The notes under the pieces were generated by a model. That model made no database searches, was not told the DNA's origin, and worked only from the letters and a program-made list of their open reading frames with translations. A stretch of DNA of 32,000 nt from Patescibacteria group bacterium (GTDB lineage: Bacteria; Patescibacteriota; Patescibacteriia; 2-01-FULL-39-33), in NCBI GenBank assembly GCA_041662745.1, contig JBAZRV010000007.1:9180-41179 (forward strand), given 5' to 3'. This document shows, in pieces, positions 7,832-16,226 of the stretch. Every line of letters begins with the position of its first letter. Within the stretch, counting starts at the first letter, position 1. Position numbers and translations under genes: made by a program.

Positions 7832-10540
7832 TTATAGGCCCTTAGCTTGACCGCGTAACTTCGCAAGCTTCTCTTCGGCAGCAGTCAATTTTTCTTTTTC
7901 TTTTTCCACTACCGCCTGAGGCGCATTTTTTACAAATTCCTCATTACCCATCTTGCCTTGCAAACCGCTTAAGTATTTTTCCGTCTCCGTAATTTCTTTA
8001 GCTAAACGCTCCTTTTCTGCTCCAATGTCAATCAGTCCGGTCAGGACTAAATAAATTTCCGCGCCCTCAATAACCTTGACAGCGGAATTTTCCGGCTTAG
8101 CGCCGGCGAAGCTAATCGTCAAATTCTCCAAACGCGCCAGGCGCTTGATAATTTCCGCTTGAGATTCCAATAATTCCTTTTTATCGCTAATAATTATCAC
8201 CTTAACCAGTTTGACCGGTTCAATTTTATTTTCCGCGCGCAGATTCCTAATTGCCGTAACTAATTCTTTGACAAGCCCAAAATCATTATTGCCTTCAATG
8301 CCGGATAAATGCGCGATCTCCTTGATCTTATCCCATAATTTTACTTCTCTGCCAACCGGCCATGGCTCCACCATCAACATCCTCCCCGCCGCCAGTTTGT
8401 CCCAGATCTCTTCAGTGACAAACGGCATATAAGGATGCCAAAGCTTCAGCAAGGTTTGCAGGGTATATAATAGTATTTCCTCTTTGTTGACTTTAGATTT
8501 TTGGCTTTCAATTTTATAAACTTCAAGATACCAATCGGCAAAATCGCTCCAAGTAAAATCATACAAAATCTCACTGGCCAAAGAGAATTCACAATTATCC
8601 AACTGTTTGGTGACTTCAGCGATTTTGACGCTTAGCCTGTCCAACAGCCAGTTATCGGCTAAGGTAATCGGTTCCGGCATTGTTTCCACTAACCTCGGAT
8701 TTTCCACGACAGATAAGATATAGCGGGAAATATTCCAAAATTTATTAACAAAGTTCCTGGCCGCTGCCACTTTTTCTTCATAAAACCTGGCATCGTTGCC
8801 GGCAGTCGTGCCTTTAATCAAGGATAAACGCAAGGCGTCAGTGCCGTACTGATCAATTATTTCCAGCGGATCCAAACCATTGCCCAATGATTTGGAAAAT
8901 TTGCGGCCGTCTTTGGCGCGCAGAATGCCGTGGATATAAACATTCTCAAACGGAATATCGTCCAGAGCGTAGGTGGTCATTAGTATCATTCTGGCCATCC
9001 AAAAAAACAAAATCTCATAGCCCATCTGCATCCAAGTGGTCGGATGATATTTTTTTAAATCAGCGGTTTGCTCCGGCCAACCTAAAGTGGAAAAAGTCCA
9101 AGCGCCCGAAGAAAACCAGGTATCCAAAGTATCCTCGTCCTGGCGCACCTGACCGCTGCCGCATTTTTCGCATTTATCCACTGATTTATCGGAATAAAAT
9201 ATCTCGCCGCAATCGTCACAATACCAGATCGGAATGCGATGCCCCCACCAAATCTGACGCGAAATGCACCAATCGCGCAGGTTATCAATCCAATACAAGT
9301 AAGTGTCGTGGAATCTTTCTGGCGTAATTTTAATAATTTTATTCTTATCATGATTATGGCCGACGGTTACGGCTTCACGCATCAAATCCTTCAAGGTTTT
9401 GTTGCGGCCGGGAATCTGCTTTTTCACGTCCACAAACCATTGATCCATGGGAAGCGCCTCAACTACATCGCCGAAACGATCCGATTTGCCCACATTATGT
9501 TCAACTTCCTCTTCTTTAATGTATAACTCATTGCTCTTCAGCCAAGCCACGAATTTTTCCCGCGCTTCGTTAACGGTCAGGCCTTCGTAATCTTTGCCCG
9601 CGGCCGGAAGCATGCGGCCGTCACGGCCGATAACCGGAATAATGCCGATATCTTTGTTTTGCTCATACATCTCAAAATCAATCTGGCTGTGCGCCGGCGT
9701 TACGCCGACCGCGCCCGTGCCGTAGTCAATGTCAACATTCTTATCGGCAATAATCGTAATCACCAGCGGCTTGGCCGCGCCCACATCCGCCGTAAATTTC
9801 TGGCCGATGTATTGCTTATACCTGTCATCTTTGGGACTAACCGCTACGGCCGTATCACCCAATTTTGTTTCCGGACGAGTCGTGGCGATAGCAATAGGAA
9901 AATCCTTGCTGTATTTAAAGGTATAGACCGTGGTCTTAACCGTTTCATAAACTAACTCGTCATCGGAACAAGTGGATTGCCCTTTGACCGACCAATTGAC
10001 TACGCGATAGCCGCGATAAATCAAGCCATCGGCGAACATCCTGCGAAACAGTTCATTGACTGCCTTGGTGCGCGGTTCGTCAAAAGTATAAGCCAAGCGC
10101 GACCAATCGCAAGACGTGCCCATTTTTTTTATCTGAGACAGAATGACTGATTTTTTTTCCTCGGCATACTCACGGATTTTTTTCAATAATTCTTCGCGAC
10201 CCAACTCCTGACGCGGATGCTTGATGCCTTGTTTCTTGAGTTCATCCTCCACCCTGGCCTGAGTAGCCACGGCCGCATGATCGGTGCCGGGCACCAGTAA
10301 CGCCCGCTTGCCCTTAAGCCGCTGATAGCGCAACTCAATATCCATAATGGAATTCTCCAAGGCATGCCCCAAATGCAGGACGCCGGTAACATTGGGCGGC
10401 GGCATGGAAACGACAAACTTTTCCGGCCGATTGCCGGGCAGATTGTCGGGATTAAAATAACCGGACTCCTCCCATTTGCGGTAGATTCCGTCTTCGACCG
10501 ATTTGGCGTCATACGCCTTGTCCAATTCGATTTTTAGCAT
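7832..10540 (-). CDS. valS: Valyl-tRNA synthetase
   Basis: 902 aa with PPPNVTGVLHLGHAL (HIGH), KFSKSLGN (KMSKS) and a C-terminal coiled coil, typical of ValRS. Confidence 0.95.
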   Translation of the reverse strand: MLKIELDKAYDAKSVEDGIYRKWEESGYFNPDNLPGNRPEKFVVSMPPPNVTGVLHLGHALENSIMDIELRYQRLKGKRALLVPGTDHAAVATQARVEDELKKQGIKHPRQELGREELLKKIREYAEEKKSVILSQIKKMGTSCDWSRLAYTFDEPRTKAVNELFRRMFADGLIYRGYRVVNWSVKGQSTCSDDELVYETVKTTVYTFKYSKDFPIAIATTRPETKLGDTAVAVSPKDDRYKQYIGQKFTADVGAAKPLVITIIADKNVDIDYGTGAVGVTPAHSQIDFEMYEQNKDIGIIPVIGRDGRMLPAAGKDYEGLTVNEAREKFVAWLKSNELYIKEEEVEHNVGKSDRFGDVVEALPMDQWFVDVKKQIPGRNKTLKDLMREAVTVGHNHDKNKIIKITPERFHDTYLYWIDNLRDWCISRQIWWGHRIPIWYCDDCGEIFYSDKSVDKCEKCGSGQVRQDEDTLDTWFSSGAWTFSTLGWPEQTADLKKYHPTTWMQMGYEILFFWMARMILMTTYALDDIPFENVYIHGILRAKDGRKFSKSLGNGLDPLEIIDQYGTDALRLSLIKGTTAGNDARFYEEKVAAARNFVNKFWNISRYILSVVENPRLVETMPEPITLADNWLLDRLSVKIAEVTKQLDNCEFSLASEILYDFTWSDFADWYLEVYKIESQKSKVNKEEILLYTLQTLLKLWHPYMPFVTEEIWDKLAAGRMLMVEPWPVGREVKLWDKIKEIAHLSGIEGNNDFGLVKELVTAIRNLRAENKIEPVKLVKVIIISDKKELLESQAEIIKRLARLENLTISFAGAKPENSAVKVIEGAEIYLVLTGLIDIGAEKERLAKEITETEKYLSGLQGKMGNEEFVKNAPQAVVEKEKEKLTAAEEKLAKLRGQAKGL

Positions 10541-10555
10541 ACAGGTAATGCTTTA

Positions 10556-10584
10556 ATCCTACTAAAATATGCCATTTTTTTCAA
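10556..10584 (-). promoter_or_regulatory. Possible valS promoter (TTGAAA-17 nt-TAGGAT)
   Basis: Minus strand has TTGAAA (10584-10579) and TAGGAT (10561-10556) with a 17-nt spacer, 16 nt upstream of the valS ATG. Confidence 0.35.
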
Positions 10585-10599
10585 GTTTTTTACTTATCC

Positions 10600-10628
10600 T
10601 TGACAAATCCCGAGGGGTTTGATACCAT
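10600..10628 (+). promoter_or_regulatory. Promoter of the 101-aa ORF (TTGACA-17 nt-TACCAT with TG extended -10)
   Basis: TTGACA at 10600-10605, TG at 10620-10621, TACCAT at 10623-10628. Confidence 0.5.
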
Positions 10629-10714
10629 AAGCCAATATTAGAACTTTAAAAAACCAAGAATAAACAGGTAGTCGCCAATAGAAAAATTACCAAACCAACA
10701 AGGAGGACTAAACA

Positions 10715-11020
10715 ATGGACAAAGCCGATTGCGAACGACTACAACAAATCATTGAAACGCTTGCCGAACTGCCTAAGGTTGGAGAAAAGGTTTTGCTGTA
10801 TTATCACGCAAGCAAACACTCAGTAAGCTCGTTTCAAATGCAAGAAATCTCGCATATTTCAGGGGATTGTAATGGTATATACTTTTTTTATATCAATAAC
10901 AACCAGCAATTTCTAGTTTTTGATCAGACTTCCAAATTATGGCATTTAGCTGGGTTAGCCAGTCGATCAATTTCGGTTATCTGGGGTGAAGAATTGAAAC
11001 CCGACTTTAATCCTGATTAA
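10715..11020 (+). CDS. Hypothetical protein (101 aa), no family recognised
   Basis: SD AGGAGG (10701-10706) lies 8 nt upstream of the ATG. Has its own promoter and is followed by two hairpin terminators. Confidence 0.7.
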   Translation: MDKADCERLQQIIETLAELPKVGEKVLLYYHASKHSVSSFQMQEISHISGDCNGIYFFYINNNQQFLVFDQTSKLWHLAGLASRSISVIWGEELKPDFNPD

Positions 11021-11037
11021 ATCAAGTACCTTTCCCG

Positions 11038-11070
11038 CCCTCGGACACTGCGATCCGAGGGTTTTATTTT
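11038..11070 (+). terminator. Intrinsic terminator after the 101-aa ORF
   Basis: CCCTCGGA (11038-11045) / TCCGAGGG (11054-11061), 8-bp stem, then TTTTATTTT. Confidence 0.85.
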
Positions 11071-11080
11071 CAAACAAAAA

Positions 11081-11113
11081 TACTCCGACATCTGCCGGAG
11101 TATTTTTTATTTG
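11081..11113. terminator. Bidirectional intrinsic terminator (serves fusA on the minus strand)
   Basis: TACTCCG (11081-11087) / CGGAGTA (11096-11102), flanked by an A-tract upstream and TTTTTTATTT downstream. Lies 7 nt beyond the fusA stop. Confidence 0.8.
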
Positions 11114-11119
11114 ATATTT

Positions 11120-13252
11120 TTAGCGTCTTTCTTCTTTCTTGCCTTGACGACCTTCAATAATCTTCATTTCCACATTTTTCGGTACTTCCATGTATCTGGA
11201 AAATTCCATGGAATAATTGGCGCGGCCCTGAGTCATGGAACGCACAATGGTGGCGTAGCCGAACATTTCGGCCAGCGGCACCTGGGCGCTGATAACCTTA
11301 ACAGCCGAAGCGCCGACACCGCGGTCTTCCATCGAGCTAATGACGGCGCGGCGCGCGTTCAAATCACCGATAACATCGCCCATAAACTGTTCCGGGGTGG
11401 TTACTTCCACTTTCATTACCGGTTCCAAAATAACCGGAGTGGCGCGCTTAGCGGCATCCTGCAAAGCCATGGAGGCGGCGATTTTAAAGGCAGCTTCAGA
11501 CGAATCAACTTCATGGTAAGAACCGTCATAAACGGTAACCTTAACGTCAATCAAGGGATAGCCAGCCAGAATACCACGTTCGGTCGCCTCTTTGGCGCCC
11601 TTCTCAATCGGCTTAATGAATTCACGGGGCACGGCGCCGCCTTTGATTTCGTCAGCAAAGACAAATCCCTGATTCGGTTCAGACGGTTCCACCCGCAACC
11701 AGCAATGGCCGTATTGGCCGCGACCGCCGGATTGGCGGATATATTTGCCTTCGGCTTCCGCCTTGCCTTTGATGGTTTCGCGATAAGCGACTTGAGGCTT
11801 GCCAATATTGGCTTCCACCTTAAATTCACGCTTCATGCGATCCACGATAATATCCAAATGCAATTCGCCCATGCCGGAAATAATGGTCTGACCAGTTTCC
11901 TCATCGGTGTGAACGCGGAAAGTCGGATCCTCTTCAGCCAGTTTAGACAAAGCCAAAGCCATCTTTTCTTGGTCGGCTTTGGTTTTTGGCTCAATCGCAA
12001 TATCAATGACCGGATCGGGAAATTTAATTGATTCCAAAAGTATGGGGAAAGACGGATCAGACAAAGTATTGCCGGTAGTGACGTCTTTAATACCGACTAA
12101 AGCGGCGATTTCTCCGGCATACACCTCGTCAACTTCTTCGCGCGAGTTAGCATGCATGCGCAAAATGCGGCCGATGCGTTCTTTATTGCCGGTTTTATTG
12201 TTAATAATATAGGAACCTGATTTCAAAATACCGGAATACACGCGATAAAACACCAATTTTCCAACAAACGGATCGGTGGCAATCTTAAACGCCAAACCGG
12301 CCAAAGGCGCATCATCGGAAACAACTAAGGGTATCTCTTTTGTTTCATCATCAACACTATGGCCGATGGGAGCCGGGACCTCCAAGGGGTTGGGCAAATA
12401 TTCGGCAACGGCATTAAGCAAAAATTGCACGCCCTTATTCTTCAGGGCGCTGCCGCATAATATCGGCACGAGTTTATTGGCGATAGTGGCTTTTCTTAAG
12501 GCCCTCTTCAAATCAATCACCGGCACTTCTTCACCGGCCAGATATTTTTCCATCAAAGTTTCGTCAGTTTCCACAATGGCCTCCACTAATTTGTGGCGAT
12601 ACTCCTTGGCTCTCTCTAGTTCGTCAGCCGGAACATCAGTGATCTCCCATTTGGTTCCCAAATCATCGGAATAAACTTCCGCCTTCATTTCAAACAAATC
12701 AATAATGCCGGTGAAAGTATCGGCGGCGCCGATCGGCAGTTGAATCGGATGGGCATGGGGAGTCAGTCGATCATAAATTGATTTAAGATCATTATAAAAG
12801 TTGGCGCCCATGCGATCCATTTTATTGACGAAACCAAGCTTAGGCACATGATACTTCTCTGATTGGCGCCAAACGGTTTCCGATTGCGGTTCCACGCCGG
12901 CTACGCCGTCAAACACAATGACGCCGCCGTCCAAGACGCGCAAAGAACGCTCCACTTCAGCAGTGAAATCCACGTGGCCCGGGGTATCAATCAAATTGAT
13001 CTGGATATCTTGACCGCCCAGCCAGTCGGCGTTAGGCCAATAACAAGTGGTAGCGGCCGAGGTAATGGTGATACCGCGTTCGCGTTCTTGCTCCATCCAA
13101 TCCATAGTGGCTTCGCCCTCATGGACTTCACCGATTTTATGTTTCTTTCCGGTATAAAAAAGAATGCGCTCGGATACGGTGGTTTTGCCGGCGTCAATAT
13201 GAGCGATAATACCGATGTTTCTAATTCTTTCTAAAGGTGTTTTACGGGGCAT
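11120..13252 (-). CDS. fusA: Elongation factor G
   Basis: 710 aa with [24 protein letters not shown] and NKMD. The 306-aa + ORF 11111..12031 is its antisense shadow. Confidence 0.96.
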   Translation of the reverse strand: MPRKTPLERIRNIGIIAHIDAGKTTVSERILFYTGKKHKIGEVHEGEATMDWMEQERERGITITSAATTCYWPNADWLGGQDIQINLIDTPGHVDFTAEVERSLRVLDGGVIVFDGVAGVEPQSETVWRQSEKYHVPKLGFVNKMDRMGANFYNDLKSIYDRLTPHAHPIQLPIGAADTFTGIIDLFEMKAEVYSDDLGTKWEITDVPADELERAKEYRHKLVEAIVETDETLMEKYLAGEEVPVIDLKRALRKATIANKLVPILCGSALKNKGVQFLLNAVAEYLPNPLEVPAPIGHSVDDETKEIPLVVSDDAPLAGLAFKIATDPFVGKLVFYRVYSGILKSGSYIINNKTGNKERIGRILRMHANSREEVDEVYAGEIAALVGIKDVTTGNTLSDPSFPILLESIKFPDPVIDIAIEPKTKADQEKMALALSKLAEEDPTFRVHTDEETGQTIISGMGELHLDIIVDRMKREFKVEANIGKPQVAYRETIKGKAEAEGKYIRQSGGRGQYGHCWLRVEPSEPNQGFVFADEIKGGAVPREFIKPIEKGAKEATERGILAGYPLIDVKVTVYDGSYHEVDSSEAAFKIAASMALQDAAKRATPVILEPVMKVEVTTPEQFMGDVIGDLNARRAVISSMEDRGVGASAVKVISAQVPLAEMFGYATIVRSMTQGRANYSMEFSRYMEVPKNVEMKIIEGRQGKKEERR

Positions 13253-13298
13253 ACTGGTTAATTACAAATTACGAATTAATAATTACAAATTTTTACTG

Positions 13299-13358
13299 AT
13301 AAATATTTAAATTTTATAAAACTTTTTGGAAGAGGCGAAAGCACGAGCTGTCGCCTCG
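13299..13358 (-). repeat. Copy 1 of a 60-nt conserved stem-loop element, downstream of the second small-ORF pair
   Basis: ATAAATATTTAAATTTTATAAAACTTTTTGGAAGAGGCGAAAGCACGAGCTGTCGCCTC differs at one base from 14148-14207. Stem GAGGCGA/TCGCCTC (7 bp) plus inner AGC/GCT. Confidence 0.9.
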
Positions 13359-13375
13359 AAAAAGAAAAAAATAAA

Positions 13376-13675
13376 TCAACTTCCACCAGCTAAATAATAC
13401 AATTTCAATGAGTCCATTTCTTCTAATTCCGTCTCGCTCATACCCTTGACCGCTTTAATAAGTTTCCTTGCCCAAGCCAAGGCTTCTTTCTTTGATTTGA
13501 AATTGTGGTTTGTCTCAAATAAGATCTCGCCGTGATACTTAATGCATGCATCAAACTTACCTTCATGACGAGTACGACGACTTGACGCTGATGTGTCTGG
13601 CCCCTCAGATTCACAATGAAGATCTTTCTTGGGTTTCGACTTAATAGTCATTAAAGCAAACATACTTAACATCAT
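13376..13675 (-). CDS. Small paralog B2 (99 aa from ATG 13675; tracked TTG start 13699 is less likely)
   Basis: SD AAGGAG 6 nt upstream of ATG 13675. Shares the core ILFETNHNFKSKKEALAWARKLIKAV with the three neighbouring ORFs. Confidence 0.8.
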   Translation of the reverse strand: MMLSMFALMTIKSKPKKDLHCESEGPDTSASSRRTRHEGKFDACIKYHGEILFETNHNFKSKKEALAWARKLIKAVKGMSETELEEMDSLKLYYLAGGS

Positions 13676-13701
13676 GGCTTTCTCCTTTTTGGCTGTCAAT
13701 A

Positions 13702-14031
13702 TTAAGGCAATCTTAGAATAATTACTCTATTCTGTTTATCGGGATCAACCTGGATAGCTCTGCCCTTACTAAAAGTATGAGATTTCGGCGGTAATCCTTT
13801 TAATAGATCCAATAACCTATTGCCCCACTCAGTTGCTTCTTTAGGAGTTTCAAATACGGCTTCGGTATGTAAAATGGGATGATCAAAATTATCATTCAGG
13901 CATAAACAGGACGAAAATCTAAACTTAACTTCTCCGCCATCATGGCCAATGAACCGACCAAATCTTACCGTCAAAGAATCCAATTCTGATTTGCTAATAC
14001 TAACCCCCAGTTCAGCCTGACTAACTTCCAT
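13702..14031 (-). CDS. Small paralog A2 (109 aa)
   Basis: SD GGGAGG 8 nt upstream. Core motif PILHTEAVFETPKEATEWGNRLLDLL. Confidence 0.8.
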   Translation of the reverse strand: MEVSQAELGVSISKSELDSLTVRFGRFIGHDGGEVKFRFSSCLCLNDNFDHPILHTEAVFETPKEATEWGNRLLDLLKGLPPKSHTFSKGRAIQVDPDKQNRVIILRLP

Positions 14032-14147
14032 TGCCTTTCCCTCCCATCAGTTGATTTTTTCTTTTAAGGTTCAAAGTTACGAGTGATTTGCTATTCCCAC
14101 CAAGAATCGGCACAATATTTCATGCATTCGCGTTTTGAATACAAACA

Positions 14148-14207
14148 ATAAATATTTAAATTTTATAAAACTTTTTGGAAGAGGCGAAAGCACGAACTGT
14201 CGCCTCA
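14148..14207 (-). repeat. Copy 2 of the 60-nt conserved stem-loop element, downstream of the first small-ORF pair
   Basis: 59/60 identical to 13299-13358 (single G/A difference in the loop). Confidence 0.9.
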
Positions 14208-14212
14208 AAAAA

Positions 14213-14554
14213 TCAACCTATATTTAATTCGACAAACTCCTTACCGTTTTCCTTGCTTAATTGGGATAAAATCCAAATTAAATTAGAGCATTTGTCACCC
14301 CAATCCGTGGCTTTTTCCCAAGAATCAAAAACTGATTTTGTTTCCAGTATGGTAGTGGTCTGAATTGGCAATTTTCTACAACTTTCTTTGCGCTTGTCAT
14401 CACAAATACCGCCAGGACAAACGCCTTCACATTGATAAATACGAACTCGATATTTGGCTTGACGCTTGTTTTTTTTAGAACAGCCAATTTGTTTTACCTC
14501 ATAATGCAATGGCTGATCAGCGGTGAAGCTTATGGTTCCGGAAAATCCGATCAT
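14213..14554 (-). CDS. Small paralog B1 (113 aa) with a Cys-rich insert
   Basis: ATGA overlap with A1 and SD AAGGAG 7 nt upstream. Core TTILETKSVFDSWEKATDWGDKCSNLI. Insert is QCEGVCPGGICDDKRKESC. Confidence 0.8.
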   Translation of the reverse strand: MIGFSGTISFTADQPLHYEVKQIGCSKKNKRQAKYRVRIYQCEGVCPGGICDDKRKESCRKLPIQTTTILETKSVFDSWEKATDWGDKCSNLIWILSQLSKENGKEFVELNIG

Positions 14555-14898
14555 GGTTTTTCTCCTTGTTCGGCTTCGGCCAACTTTTCTTCCAAAGCAA
14601 CAACTTCATTTATAATCTTTTCCATTCTGGCCCATTTCTCCGCAGGAATATTCTCTTCAAATAATTCCACTTCCGGTTCCGTTCTAATCGCATTAACAAA
14701 TCTTTCTGCCCAAGATATAGCCTGTTCTGCCGAATCGAAAATATCATTAGTGTTGAGAACTGGCCGATGGTATTCACCATAGTTATAAAGATTTATCCAA
14801 GCGACAAACTTGCCCCCCTTCTTTGACGGCCCACCAGCATCGCACTTAACATCATCACCACGATTCTGAATAACTAGAAAATCAATCATAGACAGCAT
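14551..14898 (-). CDS. Small paralog A1 (115 aa)
   Basis: SD GAAGGAG 7 nt upstream. Core PVLNTNDIFDSAEQAISWAERFVNAI, followed by an acidic helical tail. Confidence 0.8.
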   Translation of the reverse strand: MLSMIDFLVIQNRGDDVKCDAGGPSKKGGKFVAWINLYNYGEYHRPVLNTNDIFDSAEQAISWAERFVNAIRTEPEVELFEENIPAEKWARMEKIINEVVALEEKLAEAEQGEKP

Positions 14899-14968
14899 AT
14901 TTCTTCTCCTTCTAGTTGATTTTTTGTTTTAAAGGTTCAAATTACTTATTACTTGTTACGTATTACTT

Positions 14969-15436
14969 TTATCTGGAAAAATGCGCAAAGGCCCGGTTGG
15001 CTTCGGCCATTCTGTAAGTGTCTTGCTTCTTCTTGATGGCAGTACCCTCGCTATTGTAAGCGGCGATCAATTCTTCTGCCAACTTAACGGCCATGCGCCG
15101 GCCTCTTTTGGCCTTGGCGGCGCCGATAATCCAACGGCAGCCCAAAGTATAACTGCGGGAAGGACGGACAGCCATCGGCACTTGATAGTTGGCGCCACCA
15201 ACGCGGCGACCCTTGATTTCCACGGTCGGGGCGGCATTCTTGATGGCCGTATCAAACACAACCAAAGGATCAACTTTTGTCTTATCGGAAATAATTTCTA
15301 AGGCTTCGTAAACAATACCCTTGGCGACGGACTTTTTGCCGCGCTCCATGATATAATTGATAAATTTAGCGATATCCTCGCGGTTATATTTCTCATCGGG
15401 AGCAATCGCTCTTTTTGTTGCTGGTTTACCTCTCAT
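14969..15436 (-). CDS. rpsG: 30S ribosomal protein S7
   Basis: MRGKPATKRAIAPDEKYN...VEIKGRRVGGANYQVPMAVRPSR...RMAEANRAFAHFS is canonical S7. Confidence 0.96.
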   Translation of the reverse strand: MRGKPATKRAIAPDEKYNREDIAKFINYIMERGKKSVAKGIVYEALEIISDKTKVDPLVVFDTAIKNAAPTVEIKGRRVGGANYQVPMAVRPSRSYTLGCRWIIGAAKAKRGRRMAVKLAEELIAAYNSEGTAIKKKQDTYRMAEANRAFAHFSR

Positions 15437-15544
15437 AATATTGTTAGTTAAAAGTCAAAAGTCTTAAAGCCGTTAAAGTTTTGATTCGATCAGCATACTA
15501 ACATTCTTTTTGACTTTACGGGTTAGACTTTAGACTGGCCAAGT
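15437..15544 (-). promoter_or_regulatory. Structured rpsL-rpsG intercistronic region (candidate S7 translational operator)
   Basis: 10-bp long-range complementarity AAAGTCAAAA (15451-15460) / TTTTGACTTT (15508-15517), plus repeated TAAAGTC/GACTTT units. Confidence 0.35.
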
Positions 15545-15973
15545 TTATTTAGCGGCCTTCTTCTCTTTCTTCATTCCATACAAGCTACGACCGCGCTTGC
15601 GATTAGCCACGCCGGCGGAATCATAGACACCGCGGACAATGTGATAACGGACACCGGGCAAATCCTTGACTCTGCCGCCACGCACCATAACAATAGAGTG
15701 CTCTTGCAGATTATGGCCAATGCCGGGGATATAAGCAGTAACCTCCTGGCCGTTAGACAAACGGACACGGGCAATTTTACGCAAAGCGGAGTTCGGCTTT
15801 TTCGGCGTAGTGGTTCTTACAACCGTGCACACGCCACGCTTAAAGGGATTGCCTTTCTGCATGGTGTGTTTACGGCGATGCAAACTGTCCAAAGTAGTCT
15901 GGATATCAGGCGTTTTTGATTTTGCAACTTTGGGCTTGCGACCCTTCTTAAGTAATTGGTTTATTGTAGGCAT
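15545..15973 (-). CDS. rpsL: 30S ribosomal protein S12 (with ~14-aa insertion near the N-terminus)
   Basis: [13 protein letters not shown]...[31 protein letters not shown]...[17 protein letters not shown]. Confidence 0.95.
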   Translation of the reverse strand: MPTINQLLKKGRKPKVAKSKTPDIQTTLDSLHRRKHTMQKGNPFKRGVCTVVRTTTPKKPNSALRKIARVRLSNGQEVTAYIPGIGHNLQEHSIVMVRGGRVKDLPGVRYHIVRGVYDSAGVANRKRGRSLYGMKKEKKAAK

Positions 15974-16132
15974 AACTGAAATAGTTACAAGTTAAGATTA
16001 AAAATTACAGATAAAAAATTATATATTTAATAAAATTAACGATTAAAACGTTAGATTTCAGCCAAAATTACCAAAGTTCATCACTATTGGTCGGAAGCTC
16101 ACGTTCAATAAGCAAACGACCGCAAGAGAATG

Positions 16133-16157
16133 AAAAAATCCCAATTCCGGAATGGGA
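16133..16157 (-). terminator. Intrinsic terminator-like hairpin in the GNAT-rpsL spacer
   Basis: Minus strand reads TCCCATTCC-GGAATTGGGA (16157-16139) followed by TTTTTT (16138-16133). An outer helix CCGAAGAG / CTCTTGCGG brackets it. Confidence 0.6.
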
Positions 16158-16220
16158 CTCTTCGGATAACTTGGCTAATTTTAAACAATTTAACCGAAAA
16201 TATTGTTACTATTTTTTATA
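16133..16220 (-). ncRNA. Candidate ~88-nt small RNA or attenuator leader (promoter to terminator)
   Basis: Bounded by the TTGACT-17-TAAAAT promoter (16255-16227) and the hairpin + T6 (16157-16133). No ORF inside. Confidence 0.25.
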
Positions 16221-16226
16221 GATATT

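Noticed and set aside
11111-12031. 306-aa plus-strand ORF, together with many other tracked ORFs such as 21..401, 5080..5592, 3731..4204, 12276..12674, 28619..29095 and 31553..31840
   Set aside because: All lie antisense to, or out of frame within, strongly conserved genes (fusA, rpsC, tuf, rplC, ftsZ, ftsA). Their products are low-complexity and match no family. They are shadow ORFs.
13299-14217. Integron-like gene cassettes, with the 60-nt hairpin element acting as an attC site
   Set aside because: The element lacks the R''/R' core sites (RYYYAAC...GTTRRRY). GTTGATT does not fit the core, no integrase or attI is in the window, and the cassettes are bicistronic.
14175-14782. Plus-strand ORFs 14175..14363 and 14432..14782, and the minus-strand ORF 14278..14487, within the cassette region
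   Set aside because: They overlap the SD-led, translationally coupled A1/B1 genes and have no start signals of their own. Treated as shadow frames.
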